From IMG/VR virus record IMGVR_UViG_3300030333_006085, positions 1-47,064 of that record: a DNA stretch of 47,064 bases; one strand, written 5' to 3'. The position numbers and the translations under genes were made by a program. Numbering within the stretch: the stretch's first letter is position 1; every line of letters begins with the position of its first letter. The DNA is from a virus. Lineage: Duplodnaviria > Caudoviricetes. The notes under the pieces were generated by a model, which worked only from the letters and a program-made list of their open reading frames with translations, was not told where the DNA came from and ran no database searches. Positions 29,004 to 37,540 of this stretch are shown piece by piece.

Positions 29004-29959
29004 ATATATTAGTAACGGGCGCAACTGGACTTCTAGGAAAGACCATTCAAAAGATGGAAAATAAATTTTGCTGTGGACAGTGTTCGGGTTGTCCGTGGAA
29101 AAACAAACCTTTCTATTATGCACCGTCTTCATCAGATTGTGATTTAACAGTATGGAAAGACACACAGGACTTAATTGATATGGTTCAGCCATCACATGTA
29201 GTTCATCTAGCGGGAGTAGTTGGTGGAATACAAGATAATGTAAATCGACCTTTTGAATTTAGTATAGACAATCTTCTAATGAATTCAAATATTACCGACA
29301 TATGTGTAGAAAATAATATCCCATTAATTGTTGCTTCGTCTACTTGTGTATATCCCGCAGAAGTAAATAAATACCCACTAACCGAAGATATGGTAGACTC
29401 TGGTCCACCCGAAAAAACAAACTCTGCATATGCATATGCAAAAAGAGCAATGACACATTCTCTTCGTGCCGCACATAAACAATATGATTATAATTTTTCT
29501 GTTTTGTATTTTTCAAATCTATATGGTGAGTTTGACCATTTTGAAAACGAAAATAAGGCACATCTAGTTACTGCACTTATTAAGAAGTTCCACAAAGCAA
29601 AAGAGGAAGGGAAAGATAAAGTAACTTTACTTGGAACAGGAAAACCACTAAGACAATTTATGTACGCAGAAGACGCCGCAAAGATAATACAAAAAGTTTT
29701 GAAGATGGGTTGTTGGGGAGAATACAATGTAGCCACTCCAGAAAATCTTTCTGTTTCTGAAATTGCGACAATTGTTGCAGAAATTGTTGGATATACTGGT
29801 GATATAGAATATAATGGTGAACTGGATGGAGTATACCGCAAGGATGCATCATCAGACAGACTCCTTGGTGTTATTGGTGAATATGAATTTACCAAACTAA
29901 AAGACGGTGTATATAAAACATATGAATCATTTTTGGAGAAACAGACATGTGGAAGTTAA
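29000..29959 (+). CDS. GDP-4-keto-6-deoxy-sugar epimerase/reductase (Fcl/ColC-like)
   Basis: TGATGLLG, HLAGVVGGI..N, SSTCVYP, YAYAKR, NLYGE.D, GTGKPLRQFMY. Confidence 0.9.
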   Translation: MNILVTGATGLLGKTIQKMENKFCCGQCSGCPWKNKPFYYAPSSSDCDLTVWKDTQDLIDMVQPSHVVHLAGVVGGIQDNVNRPFEFSIDNLLMNSNITDICVENNIPLIVASSTCVYPAEVNKYPLTEDMVDSGPPEKTNSAYAYAKRAMTHSLRAAHKQYDYNFSVLYFSNLYGEFDHFENENKAHLVTALIKKFHKAKEEGKDKVTLLGTGKPLRQFMYAEDAAKIIQKVLKMGCWGEYNVATPENLSVSEIATIVAEIVGYTGDIEYNGELDGVYRKDASSDRLLGVIGEYEFTKLKDGVYKTYESFLEKQTCGS

Positions 29960-31098
29960 TGAGTGATGACGCTATCACGAAAGAAGAAAGAGAATTACTT
30001 TCAAATTTCATTTTGACTAGCGACAAACTAACACAGGGAAATAAAGTTCGTGAATTTGAACAAGCCTGGTCAGAGTGGTTGGGTTGTAAATATTCTGTGT
30101 TTGTAAACTCTGGCTCCTCTGCTAACTTGTTGTTGGTTCAAGCCGCACACGATTTATATAACGAAAGAAAGGGAGATTGGATTGCTCAGTCTATGACTTG
30201 GGCGACAAACATTGCTCCAATAATGCAACTAAAAGGTTGTTCTAGAAACTTACACTTAGTTGATATTAATCTCGAAAACCTTGGTCCAGATTTAAATCTT
30301 TTAGAACAATACATTTTAGACAATGACATTCAGTTCATTTTCCTCACACATCTATTGGGCATACCTGCATTTTCAGAAAGACTAATAGAAATCTGTAAAG
30401 AAAATGATGTTATGATATTTGAAGATTGTTGTGAATCACACGGTGCTAGTTGGCAAGGAAAGAAAGTCGGAACAATAGGAAAGGCTTCTACTTTCTCATT
30501 TTATTATGGACACCATATGACCACTATTGAGGGTGGAATGATATGTACCGATGACAAAGAATTCTATGAACGACTTCTTCTCCTTCGTTCACATGGACTG
30601 TTAAGAGAATTACCAAAAGAGTCCCAAGAACAAAATAAAGTAGAGGGAGTAAATGAAAAGTTTACTTTCCTATGCCCTGGCTACAATGTAAGAAGCACAG
30701 AACTTAATGCAGTCTTGGGGTTATCCCAAATCCAAAAAATGGATACAGTCGTCGAAAGAAGAAACGAAAACTTTATTCGGTTTATCGAAAATCTAAACGG
30801 CAAGAATTTCCATATTAATTTCCCTACAAAGGGAGTGAGTTCCTTCGCCTTTCCTATTATATGTAAAGAAGAAGGAATGATAAACAAAGTAGAAACCGTC
30901 CTGAAAGAATTGGATATTGAATATCGTCCTCTTATTGCAGGTAATCTTTTTAATCACCCAATGTGTAAATCACTAAACTGTAAGATGTATGCTCCAAATT
31001 CGGAACATATTCATAACAACTCCTTTTATGTTGGGAACAGTGAATTTATTGACATAAATATGATAGACACATTAACAAACAAACTTAACGAATTATAA
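29947..31098 (+). CDS. colD: DegT-family PLP enzyme, ColD-like GDP-4-keto-6-deoxymannose 3-dehydratase
   Basis: VNSGSSANLL, EDCCESHGA, SFYYGHHMTTIEGG (His in place of the Schiff-base Lys), LRSHG, PGYNVR, RPLIAGN. Confidence 0.75.
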   Translation: MWKLMSDDAITKEERELLSNFILTSDKLTQGNKVREFEQAWSEWLGCKYSVFVNSGSSANLLLVQAAHDLYNERKGDWIAQSMTWATNIAPIMQLKGCSRNLHLVDINLENLGPDLNLLEQYILDNDIQFIFLTHLLGIPAFSERLIEICKENDVMIFEDCCESHGASWQGKKVGTIGKASTFSFYYGHHMTTIEGGMICTDDKEFYERLLLLRSHGLLRELPKESQEQNKVEGVNEKFTFLCPGYNVRSTELNAVLGLSQIQKMDTVVERRNENFIRFIENLNGKNFHINFPTKGVSSFAFPIICKEEGMINKVETVLKELDIEYRPLIAGNLFNHPMCKSLNCKMYAPNSEHIHNNSFYVGNSEFIDINMIDTLTNKLNEL

Positions 31099-31110
31099 AA
31101 AGGAATTGTT

Positions 31111-32451
31111 ATGAGTAAACCTACCGTTACATTGTGTATGATTGTCAAAAACGAAGAACATGTCATCAAAGAAACTCTAGAGTCAATGGTAGAAAACATT
31201 GACCGCTATGATATTACTGACACTGGTTCTACCGATAAGACAAAAGAAATAATCAAAGAATTTTTCGACGAGAAGGGAATTCCTGGCGAAATATATGACC
31301 ACGAATGGGATGGATTTGGAAAATCAAGAACCCAATCTCTACGCAATGCAGAAAAAGGTGGGGCAGATTATTGTTGGGTCATTGATGCTGACGATGTTTT
31401 TAAGGGGAAATTTAATTTCCCCGATGACTATCTTTTAGATGCATATGCACTTAGAATTAAGCGTGGTGATTTTACTTGGTGGAGAAATCAAATCTTTAAG
31501 ATGGATGGAACTTGGGTATATACAGGAGTTCTTCACGAATATGCAGAAAATCCCACTAAGCAAAAAGATGGTAGTCTAAAGCAGGGAAGACTCGGTAGTG
31601 AAGGATACTATATTGATGCACGAACATTGGGTGCAAGAAACCTCAATGAAGACGGAACAGCAGTTGACCCTGTTGAAAAGTATTCAAGGGATGCAGAAGT
31701 ATTTCTTAGTTGTTTGACAAACGAAGATGACCCAAACTATGAACCAGACAACCCTCGTTATATTTTCTACTTAGCACAATCATACTTCGATTCAAAGCAA
31801 TTTGCTGAAGCAAAAGAATGGTATATGAAGCGAGCAGAAGCAGGTGGTTGGGAAGAAGAAGTTTTCTACTCTCTCTTCAGAACTGCAATTTGTAGTAGCA
31901 TTCTTGGTGACCCTTGGGAAAAGACAATGCAATATTTCCTTTCTGCTTGGAACTACCGACCAGTTCGTGCAGAACCAATTTATCAGATTGCAAGAATCTA
32001 TCGTCTTTCTGGACACCCAAGACTTGGTTACTTGTTCGCAAAGCAAGCACAGCAAATTCCATTCCCCGAACACGATATTTTGTTCATTGCAAATGAAGTT
32101 TGGGATTGGCAGATTCTTGATGAAATTGCTTCCACTGCTTTCTATGTTGGAGCATTCCAAGAGGGATATGATGCTTGTCTTCAATTGCTGAAGGAGAATA
32201 AATTCCCTGAAGGTGAAAGACAAAGAATTATGACCAATATGGAACAATACACTGTTAAACTTGCAGAGTTGCAACAAATGCACCAACAGCAAGTTGAACA
32301 AAATGCTCAACTTCAAGCACAAATTGATGCAAACCGAGAAGAAAGACTTGCAGAAGAAGCAAAAGCCAAAGCAGAAGAAAAGGCGACTCGAAAGAAAAAT
32401 ACAGAAGCAAGAAAAAAGAAATTCAAGAAGCGTAAAAAGCAAAAGGCATAA
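31111..32451 (+). CDS. GT2 glycosyltransferase with TPR repeats and a coiled-coil/basic tail
   Basis: LCMIVKNEE, DTGSTD.T, IDADD, GVLHE; TPR-like FYLAQSYFD...A..WY and RAEP.Y..A; Q/E/K-rich C-terminus. Confidence 0.88.
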   Translation: MSKPTVTLCMIVKNEEHVIKETLESMVENIDRYDITDTGSTDKTKEIIKEFFDEKGIPGEIYDHEWDGFGKSRTQSLRNAEKGGADYCWVIDADDVFKGKFNFPDDYLLDAYALRIKRGDFTWWRNQIFKMDGTWVYTGVLHEYAENPTKQKDGSLKQGRLGSEGYYIDARTLGARNLNEDGTAVDPVEKYSRDAEVFLSCLTNEDDPNYEPDNPRYIFYLAQSYFDSKQFAEAKEWYMKRAEAGGWEEEVFYSLFRTAICSSILGDPWEKTMQYFLSAWNYRPVRAEPIYQIARIYRLSGHPRLGYLFAKQAQQIPFPEHDILFIANEVWDWQILDEIASTAFYVGAFQEGYDACLQLLKENKFPEGERQRIMTNMEQYTVKLAELQQMHQQQVEQNAQLQAQIDANREERLAEEAKAKAEEKATRKKNTEARKKKFKKRKKQKA

Positions 32452-32454
32452 ATA
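32447..32454 (+). promoter_or_regulatory. Putative late promoter (CATAAATA)
   Basis: One mismatch to TATAAATA, immediately upstream of a virion-type gene. Confidence 0.55.
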
Positions 32455-32458
32455 ACAT

Positions 32459-32923
32459 ATGAAATCAGGAAAATACGACATATCCGTTGACCAAGGTTCT
32501 ACATTCATCTTTCACTTGACTTATCAAGACAGTGCAGGAACTGCTGTTGATTTGTCTAGTTACACTGCTCAAATGCAAGTGAGAAGGTCAACGATTGACC
32601 CAAGTCTAATACTGGATATTACTAGTGCTGGCGGTGTAACTGGTGGTGGAACAACTGGTGAATTCAGTTCACCAGAAACATCAGGATTCTGGACAGCGGC
32701 AACAGGTGGTTCTGCTGGTCTTACTTCTAGCGGTATGACACTTAATGGTAATAGTGCAGGTGTCGCCGGCACTACTGGTGGAATCTACATCATAGTAGAC
32801 GCAGATACTATGAAAAATGTTCCAACTGGCAAACACACATACGACTTAGAAATAACAACTGGAAGGACAGTTAATAAAATTCTAAGTGGTAGATTTGAGG
32901 TTGAAGGAGAAGTGACAAGATGA
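32459..32923 (+). CDS. Probable virion beta-sandwich structural protein with a Gly/Thr-rich insert
   Basis: DQGSTF...VDLSSYTA.MQVR ... YDLEI ... KILSG.F.V..EVTR is a common phage tail/baseplate-associated domain pattern; ~50-aa G/T/S insert. Confidence 0.65.
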   Translation: MKSGKYDISVDQGSTFIFHLTYQDSAGTAVDLSSYTAQMQVRRSTIDPSLILDITSAGGVTGGGTTGEFSSPETSGFWTAATGGSAGLTSSGMTLNGNSAGVAGTTGGIYIIVDADTMKNVPTGKHTYDLEITTGRTVNKILSGRFEVEGEVTR

Positions 32924-33030
32924 AACTTCTTGTAAGCCAACCAAGACCACCAAAAGTTACGATAACTTCAAAGAATGTTATTGTAGTTAAACAAAAAAGT
33001 GATAGAATAGTAATTGTGAAAACTGTTTAA
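32920..33030 (+). CDS. Small 36-aa hypothetical protein (absent from the ORF track)
   Basis: ATGA overlap with the previous gene, upstream AAGGAG; MKLLVSQPRPPKVTITSKNVIVVKQKSDRIVIVKTV*. Confidence 0.55.
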   Translation: MKLLVSQPRPPKVTITSKNVIVVKQKSDRIVIVKTV

Positions 33031-33048
33031 AATAAAAGGTATTTTATT

Positions 33049-33579
33049 ATGATTAGATTAGAATGTTATCGCATTCACGATGATGTGACATTACCAAAAA
33101 TTGCAACTTTAGGTTCTGCTTGTTTCGATGTTCGCTCCTATCTGAAAAATGATAGAGGTGTGACTGTTTATGATATGAGTAATAAGAAAACTGAAAGATT
33201 ACCAGAGTACTACGACAAAGAACACGAACCTAAAATTCGTTTTCGGATTGAACCCGGCGATAGAGTTTTAATTCCAACAGGAATAATTTTTAGAATTCCT
33301 TTTGGTGTTTCTATGAGATTGCATCCTCGCTCAAGCACATCCCTGAAAAAAGGTTTGATTATGCCAAACGGTGAAGGAATTATTGATAGTGATTATCACC
33401 ACGAAACATTTATTATGTTATACAATGCTTCAGCAGATACAGTTTATGTTGGAGATAATGAAAGAATTGCACAGGCTGAACTAGTGGAAGTTGAGCATTG
33501 TGATGTTTGGGAAACCTTTGAAAAGCCAGAACAAACTACCGAGCGTGTTGGTGGTTTCGGAAGCACAGGAGTTAAATAA
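33049..33579 (+). CDS. dut: Trimeric dUTPase
   Basis: GSACFDV, LIPTG, PRSS, GIIDSDY, RIAQ, RVGGFGSTG. Confidence 0.95.
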   Translation: MIRLECYRIHDDVTLPKIATLGSACFDVRSYLKNDRGVTVYDMSNKKTERLPEYYDKEHEPKIRFRIEPGDRVLIPTGIIFRIPFGVSMRLHPRSSTSLKKGLIMPNGEGIIDSDYHHETFIMLYNASADTVYVGDNERIAQAELVEVEHCDVWETFEKPEQTTERVGGFGSTGVK

Positions 33580-33896
33580 TGAATCGTAAAGAATTGTTCC
33601 AACACCACAAAAGTATTTGTGGCGAAGCACTTGGTATTATGGAAAAGAAAAACCACGACTATGCGGGAGAAGATGGCGATTCTCCGTTTGCAAACTTTAC
33701 TCGTTCTGAGGATATGGGAATCTGTTCCACAGAACAAGGTTTCCTAGTTAGACTTTGTGATAAACTTTCACGCCTTTCTACATTCGCCAGTGCAGGTGAA
33801 CTAAAGGTTGATAACGAAGGTTACCACGACGCCATTGTAGATATTATTAATTATTGTGTTCTTTTTGACGGATATGTTTCTTCCAGAAAAAAGTAG
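33579..33896 (+). CDS. DUF1599/Nmad1-like all-alpha nucleotide-modification-associated protein
   Basis: KKNHDYA...PFANF...VRLCDKLSRL...DAIVDIINY. Confidence 0.65.
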   Translation: MNRKELFQHHKSICGEALGIMEKKNHDYAGEDGDSPFANFTRSEDMGICSTEQGFLVRLCDKLSRLSTFASAGELKVDNEGYHDAIVDIINYCVLFDGYVSSRKK

Positions 33897-33921
33897 ACAA
33901 GGGGAGTTTTTGTGGTATAAT
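33894..33921 (+). promoter_or_regulatory. Sigma70-type promoter (leaderless) upstream of the lysozyme-like gene and gp43
   Basis: TAGACA-N16-TATAAT with TGTG extension; ATG 33928 begins 7 nt after the -10. Confidence 0.65.
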
Positions 33922-33927
33922 TTCTAT

Positions 33928-34359
33928 ATGAACTATGGAATACTTTATGTAATTATTATGTCGTGCCTCGGCATAGTCGCCACGCTCGAAGACCAGAAAG
34001 TTGATTCTCGTCATGTAGACCTGTTGGCGGCTATGTGCGAGGTCGAATCAAACTGCGAAACAGGTAAAATTGGAAAAGATAACGAAATCGGATGGTATCA
34101 AATTCTTCCAGACTTCTGGACAGATGCACTTGAACACGACCCAAGTATCGGTGGCGAATATGAAGATGTGGCAAAAGATAAAGAGTATGCAGAGAAAGTT
34201 ATCCTTGCATATTGGGACAGGTATGCTACAGTAAAAAGACTTGGTAGAGAACCCACTGACGAAGACCGTGCAAGGATACACAATAAAGGTCCTAACGGAT
34301 ACAAGAAAGATTCCTCCCTTGATTATTGGAACAAAGTGAAAGCAATTTTAAATGAGTGA
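33928..34359 (+). CDS. Secreted or membrane-anchored lysozyme-like protein (i-type/destabilase-like)
   Basis: Hydrophobic N-terminus (ILYVIIMSCLGIVA), catalytic-like EVES, GWYQI...FW.DA, ARIHNKGPNG, YW.KV. Confidence 0.65.
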   Translation: MNYGILYVIIMSCLGIVATLEDQKVDSRHVDLLAAMCEVESNCETGKIGKDNEIGWYQILPDFWTDALEHDPSIGGEYEDVAKDKEYAEKVILAYWDRYATVKRLGREPTDEDRARIHNKGPNGYKKDSSLDYWNKVKAILNE

Positions 34360-36889
34360 GTTCTATACGAACATTTCGATGCGGGGAAAATACATTCTCT
34401 ATCGTGGAATCGATGAGGACGGTAACCGCATAAACAGAAAAGAAGAATTTAACCCTACCCTCTTTGTTCCCTCTCAGAACGAAACTGATTGGAGAACCTT
34501 GGAGGGTTTCTATGTTGAACCTTTGCGACCTGGAAATATTCCAGAGACACGGGATTTTATTAATCAATATAAAGATGTCCGTGGATTTGATGTTTACGGA
34601 AACACGGATTTTGTTTGCCAATATATCGCAGACAATTATCCCACAGAAGTTGACTACGACATATCGCAGATTGTTGTTGCAAACATAGACATCGAGACAG
34701 AATCTGAATACGGATTCCCACAGATTGATAACCCACGCGAAAGAGTAAATGCTATATCCGTAGACTTCAATGGCACAATGCATGTGTTCGGTCTTGGTGA
34801 ATTCAATCTCAGTGCTACGCAAGCAGATTATCAATACAAATATGAAAACGAAGAGGAATTACTTCGTGACTTTCTTGACCTTTGGGAAAAGGAATCACCA
34901 GACATTATTACTGGTTGGAATGTTCGCTTCTTTGATATTCCTTATCTTGTAAATCGTATTGCTACTATTGTTGGTGTTTCCGAGGCAAAGAGGTTGTCCC
35001 CTTGGAAGACAATGAAAGAACGCAAGGTAGAAAAATGGAATCGTGAAAACACTTGTTATGAACTTGGTGGTGTTGCGACTCTTGACTACTATGAACTATA
35101 CAAAACATTTACTTATGTCAATCAGGCTTCTTATTCTCTAAATCATATTGCAGAGGTAGAACTTGGTGAGAAGAAGTTAGACTACTCTGAGTATGATTCG
35201 ATGTCGGAATTCTACAAGAACGACTTCCAGAAGTTTATGGAATATAATGTTCTTGATACTCGACTGGTAATGAAACTTGAAGACAAGATGAAGTTACTTG
35301 AACTTGCCATATCCCTTGCGTATGCGGCAAAGGTAAACTTCACAGATGTGTTTGGTCAAGTACGAATGTGGGATTCAATCATCTACCATTATTTGAACGA
35401 ACATAAAATTGCAATCCCACCGAAGAAAGGTTCAACCAAAGATGCACAATATGCGGGTGCGTATGTAAAAGACCCAATTGTTGGTATGCACGACTGGGTT
35501 GTGTCATTTGACTTGAACAGTCTGTATCCTCACTTGATTATGCAATACAACATTAGTCCAGAGACAAAGGTACAACAAAACAAAGACTATTCAATTACTC
35601 CTAATTCTATTCTTGGTGGCAAGGATGTTGCACACGATGCTTATTCGGTGGCGGCGAACGGAACTTGCTACAGCAAAAAACATCAGGGGTTTCTTCCTTC
35701 CTTAATGGAGAAGTTGTATAAAGAACGCAAGATGTACAAGAAGAAGATGATTGAATGTCAGAAGCAGAAGCAAGAGATTCCAAAGATGAATATGCCTTCA
35801 CTTGGAAGACACGCATTGGATTCTAAACTTTCAAAGGATATTGCAAAGTACAACAACTTTCAGTTGGTTCGTAAGATTCAATTGAACTCCGCTTATGGTG
35901 CGATTGGTAATGAATGGTTTCGTTACTTTGATGTTGATATGGCAGAAGCAATTACTCTGTCTGGACAGTTAAGTATTCGGTGGATTGCAGACCATCTTAA
36001 CGATTTTTTGAACACGACAATTGGCACGAAGGATTATGATTATGTGGTTGCATCTGATACAGATAGCGTTTATTTGCGTCTTGGGAATCTGGTGGAAAAA
36101 GTATGTGGGGGTCGCTCCGAATCGGAGGTGGTTGAATTCCTCAACAAAGCATCAGAAGAAATAATTCTTCCATTCATTAAAAAGAAGTATGATGAACTTG
36201 CTTGTAAAATGAATGCATATGAGAATAAGATGGTGATGGACAGAGAGTGTATTGCATCAAAGGCGGTTTGGACTGCGAAGAAGAGATATATGATGCTCGT
36301 TCACGACTCCGAAGGTATTCGATACTCCAATCCAAAGATGAAGATTATGGGTATCGAAACGACTCGTAGTTCCACACCACAGGTTGTTCGTGATGCATTG
36401 ACTGAAGCAATTCAGTTGATTCTCACATCAGACGAAGAAACTGTAATTAAATTCATCGATAACTTCAGAACACAGTTCAATGGATTTAGTCCAGAAGAGA
36501 TTGCGTTTCCCCGAAGCGTGAACGGTATGAAGAAGTATATCGATAACTCTACCATCTACAAGAAGTCCACGCCGATTGCGGTGAAGGGTTCATTAATTTA
36601 TAATCACTATGTCAAGCAATTTGGAGTGGGAGATAAACATAGAGAGATTGTAGATGGAGACAAGATTAAATTCCTGCACCTTATTAAACCAAATCCACTT
36701 GGTGGAATTGCAGGTACAGACCAAGTGGTTGCGTTTCCGAATGACCTCCCCAAAGAATTCAAGGTGGAGAAATTCATTGATTATGAAATGCAGTTCGAGA
36801 AGTCGTTCTTGGCACCACTCAGGAATATCCTTGATATTATAGGATGGCAGTGCGAAGAAGTTTCTTCTCTGGAAGGTTTTTTTGTATGA
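34352..36889 (+). CDS. gp43: Family B DNA polymerase
   Basis: Exonuclease DIET and GWN..FFDIPY; DLNSLYP, KIQLNSAYG, SDTDS, KKRY. Confidence 0.98.
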   Translation: MSEFYTNISMRGKYILYRGIDEDGNRINRKEEFNPTLFVPSQNETDWRTLEGFYVEPLRPGNIPETRDFINQYKDVRGFDVYGNTDFVCQYIADNYPTEVDYDISQIVVANIDIETESEYGFPQIDNPRERVNAISVDFNGTMHVFGLGEFNLSATQADYQYKYENEEELLRDFLDLWEKESPDIITGWNVRFFDIPYLVNRIATIVGVSEAKRLSPWKTMKERKVEKWNRENTCYELGGVATLDYYELYKTFTYVNQASYSLNHIAEVELGEKKLDYSEYDSMSEFYKNDFQKFMEYNVLDTRLVMKLEDKMKLLELAISLAYAAKVNFTDVFGQVRMWDSIIYHYLNEHKIAIPPKKGSTKDAQYAGAYVKDPIVGMHDWVVSFDLNSLYPHLIMQYNISPETKVQQNKDYSITPNSILGGKDVAHDAYSVAANGTCYSKKHQGFLPSLMEKLYKERKMYKKKMIECQKQKQEIPKMNMPSLGRHALDSKLSKDIAKYNNFQLVRKIQLNSAYGAIGNEWFRYFDVDMAEAITLSGQLSIRWIADHLNDFLNTTIGTKDYDYVVASDTDSVYLRLGNLVEKVCGGRSESEVVEFLNKASEEIILPFIKKKYDELACKMNAYENKMVMDRECIASKAVWTAKKRYMMLVHDSEGIRYSNPKMKIMGIETTRSSTPQVVRDALTEAIQLILTSDEETVIKFIDNFRTQFNGFSPEEIAFPRSVNGMKKYIDNSTIYKKSTPIAVKGSLIYNHYVKQFGVGDKHREIVDGDKIKFLHLIKPNPLGGIAGTDQVVAFPNDLPKEFKVEKFIDYEMQFEKSFLAPLRNILDIIGWQCEEVSSLEGFFV

Positions 36890-37068
36890 TTGAAGAAAAG
36901 GCTAAGAGAATAATCATAAATATATTGGAAACCAAATTATCATCGATGCGTGAATCTTTGAAAAGATGCCAATCTGACAAAAATTGTAATTTGGAAACCT
37001 ATGAAAAAATTGTTGATGAATGTCAACAAATAGAGTATGCTATATACGAAATGGAGAATGCAAAATGA
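36886..37068 (+). CDS. Small hypothetical protein
   Basis: ATGA overlap with the gp43 stop (MIEEKAKR...). Confidence 0.6.
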   Translation: MIEEKAKRIIINILETKLSSMRESLKRCQSDKNCNLETYEKIVDECQQIEYAIYEMENAK

Positions 37069-37211
37069 GTTATATCAAAGGAACGCACCTTGAGGCGTTA
37101 ATCGACCGTGCGGTAGATGGTTGGGCTAAGATTCTTGGATTTAAAGAAGACAAACCCATTACCAAAAAGAAAGTAACCCGTAAGAAAAACAAAAAGAAGG
37201 TTAACAAATGA
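37065..37211 (+). CDS. Small basic hypothetical protein
   Basis: ATGA overlaps at both ends, GGAG RBS (MSYIKGTHL...). Confidence 0.55.
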   Translation: MSYIKGTHLEALIDRAVDGWAKILGFKEDKPITKKKVTRKKNKKKVNK

Positions 37212-37522
37212 ACATAAAAATTATCAAACTTAAAAACCAAGAAGAAATTCTATGTGAAGTAAAGAGTGAAACAGACACCGAATGCACTATCAAAAACCCT
37301 TGCATTCTTGTCCCTACACAGAAGCAAAGTATTGCAATGGCTCCTTGGTTGCCTTTTGCTAAAATAGACGATGGTTTGTCTATTCCCAAAGAGCATATTC
37401 TTTTCGTGGTTGATGTAATGGAAGAAATTAAAATGCAATATGAACAGCAATTTAATCCGATTGTTACACCCTCGAAGAAGTCTATCATCGCACCAAGTGG
37501 TCCTATTGGACTAGCAACATAA
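37208..37522 (+). CDS. Conserved T4-like Sm-fold hypothetical protein
   Basis: IKIIKLKNQEEILC...IKNP.IL...MAPWLPF...Y.QQF..IVTP. Confidence 0.7.
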   Translation: MNIKIIKLKNQEEILCEVKSETDTECTIKNPCILVPTQKQSIAMAPWLPFAKIDDGLSIPKEHILFVVDVMEEIKMQYEQQFNPIVTPSKKSIIAPSGPIGLAT

Positions 37523-37540
37523 AACAAAGGATGGTTGTAT

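Noticed and set aside
19160-32451. Reading the operon as T4-style DNA glucosylation or as a host O-antigen locus (contamination)
   Set aside because: No dCMP hydroxymethylase or alpha/beta-glucosyltransferase-like gene, and no wzx/wzy/priming transferase in the window. The block is seamlessly joined to regA and phage genes and shows the same apparent motif avoidance. DNA or LPS targets are disfavoured, not excluded.
31792-32508. 238-aa minus-strand ORF
   Set aside because: Antisense shadow of the GT2-TPR gene; its Phe/Leu/Cys-rich composition mirrors Lys/Glu/Gln codons on the plus strand, and there is no RBS or motif.
34292-34834. 180-aa minus-strand ORF and the many other short minus-strand ORFs in the track
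   Set aside because: All lie antisense to well-supported core genes and show no recognisable motifs; the window is effectively single-stranded in coding.
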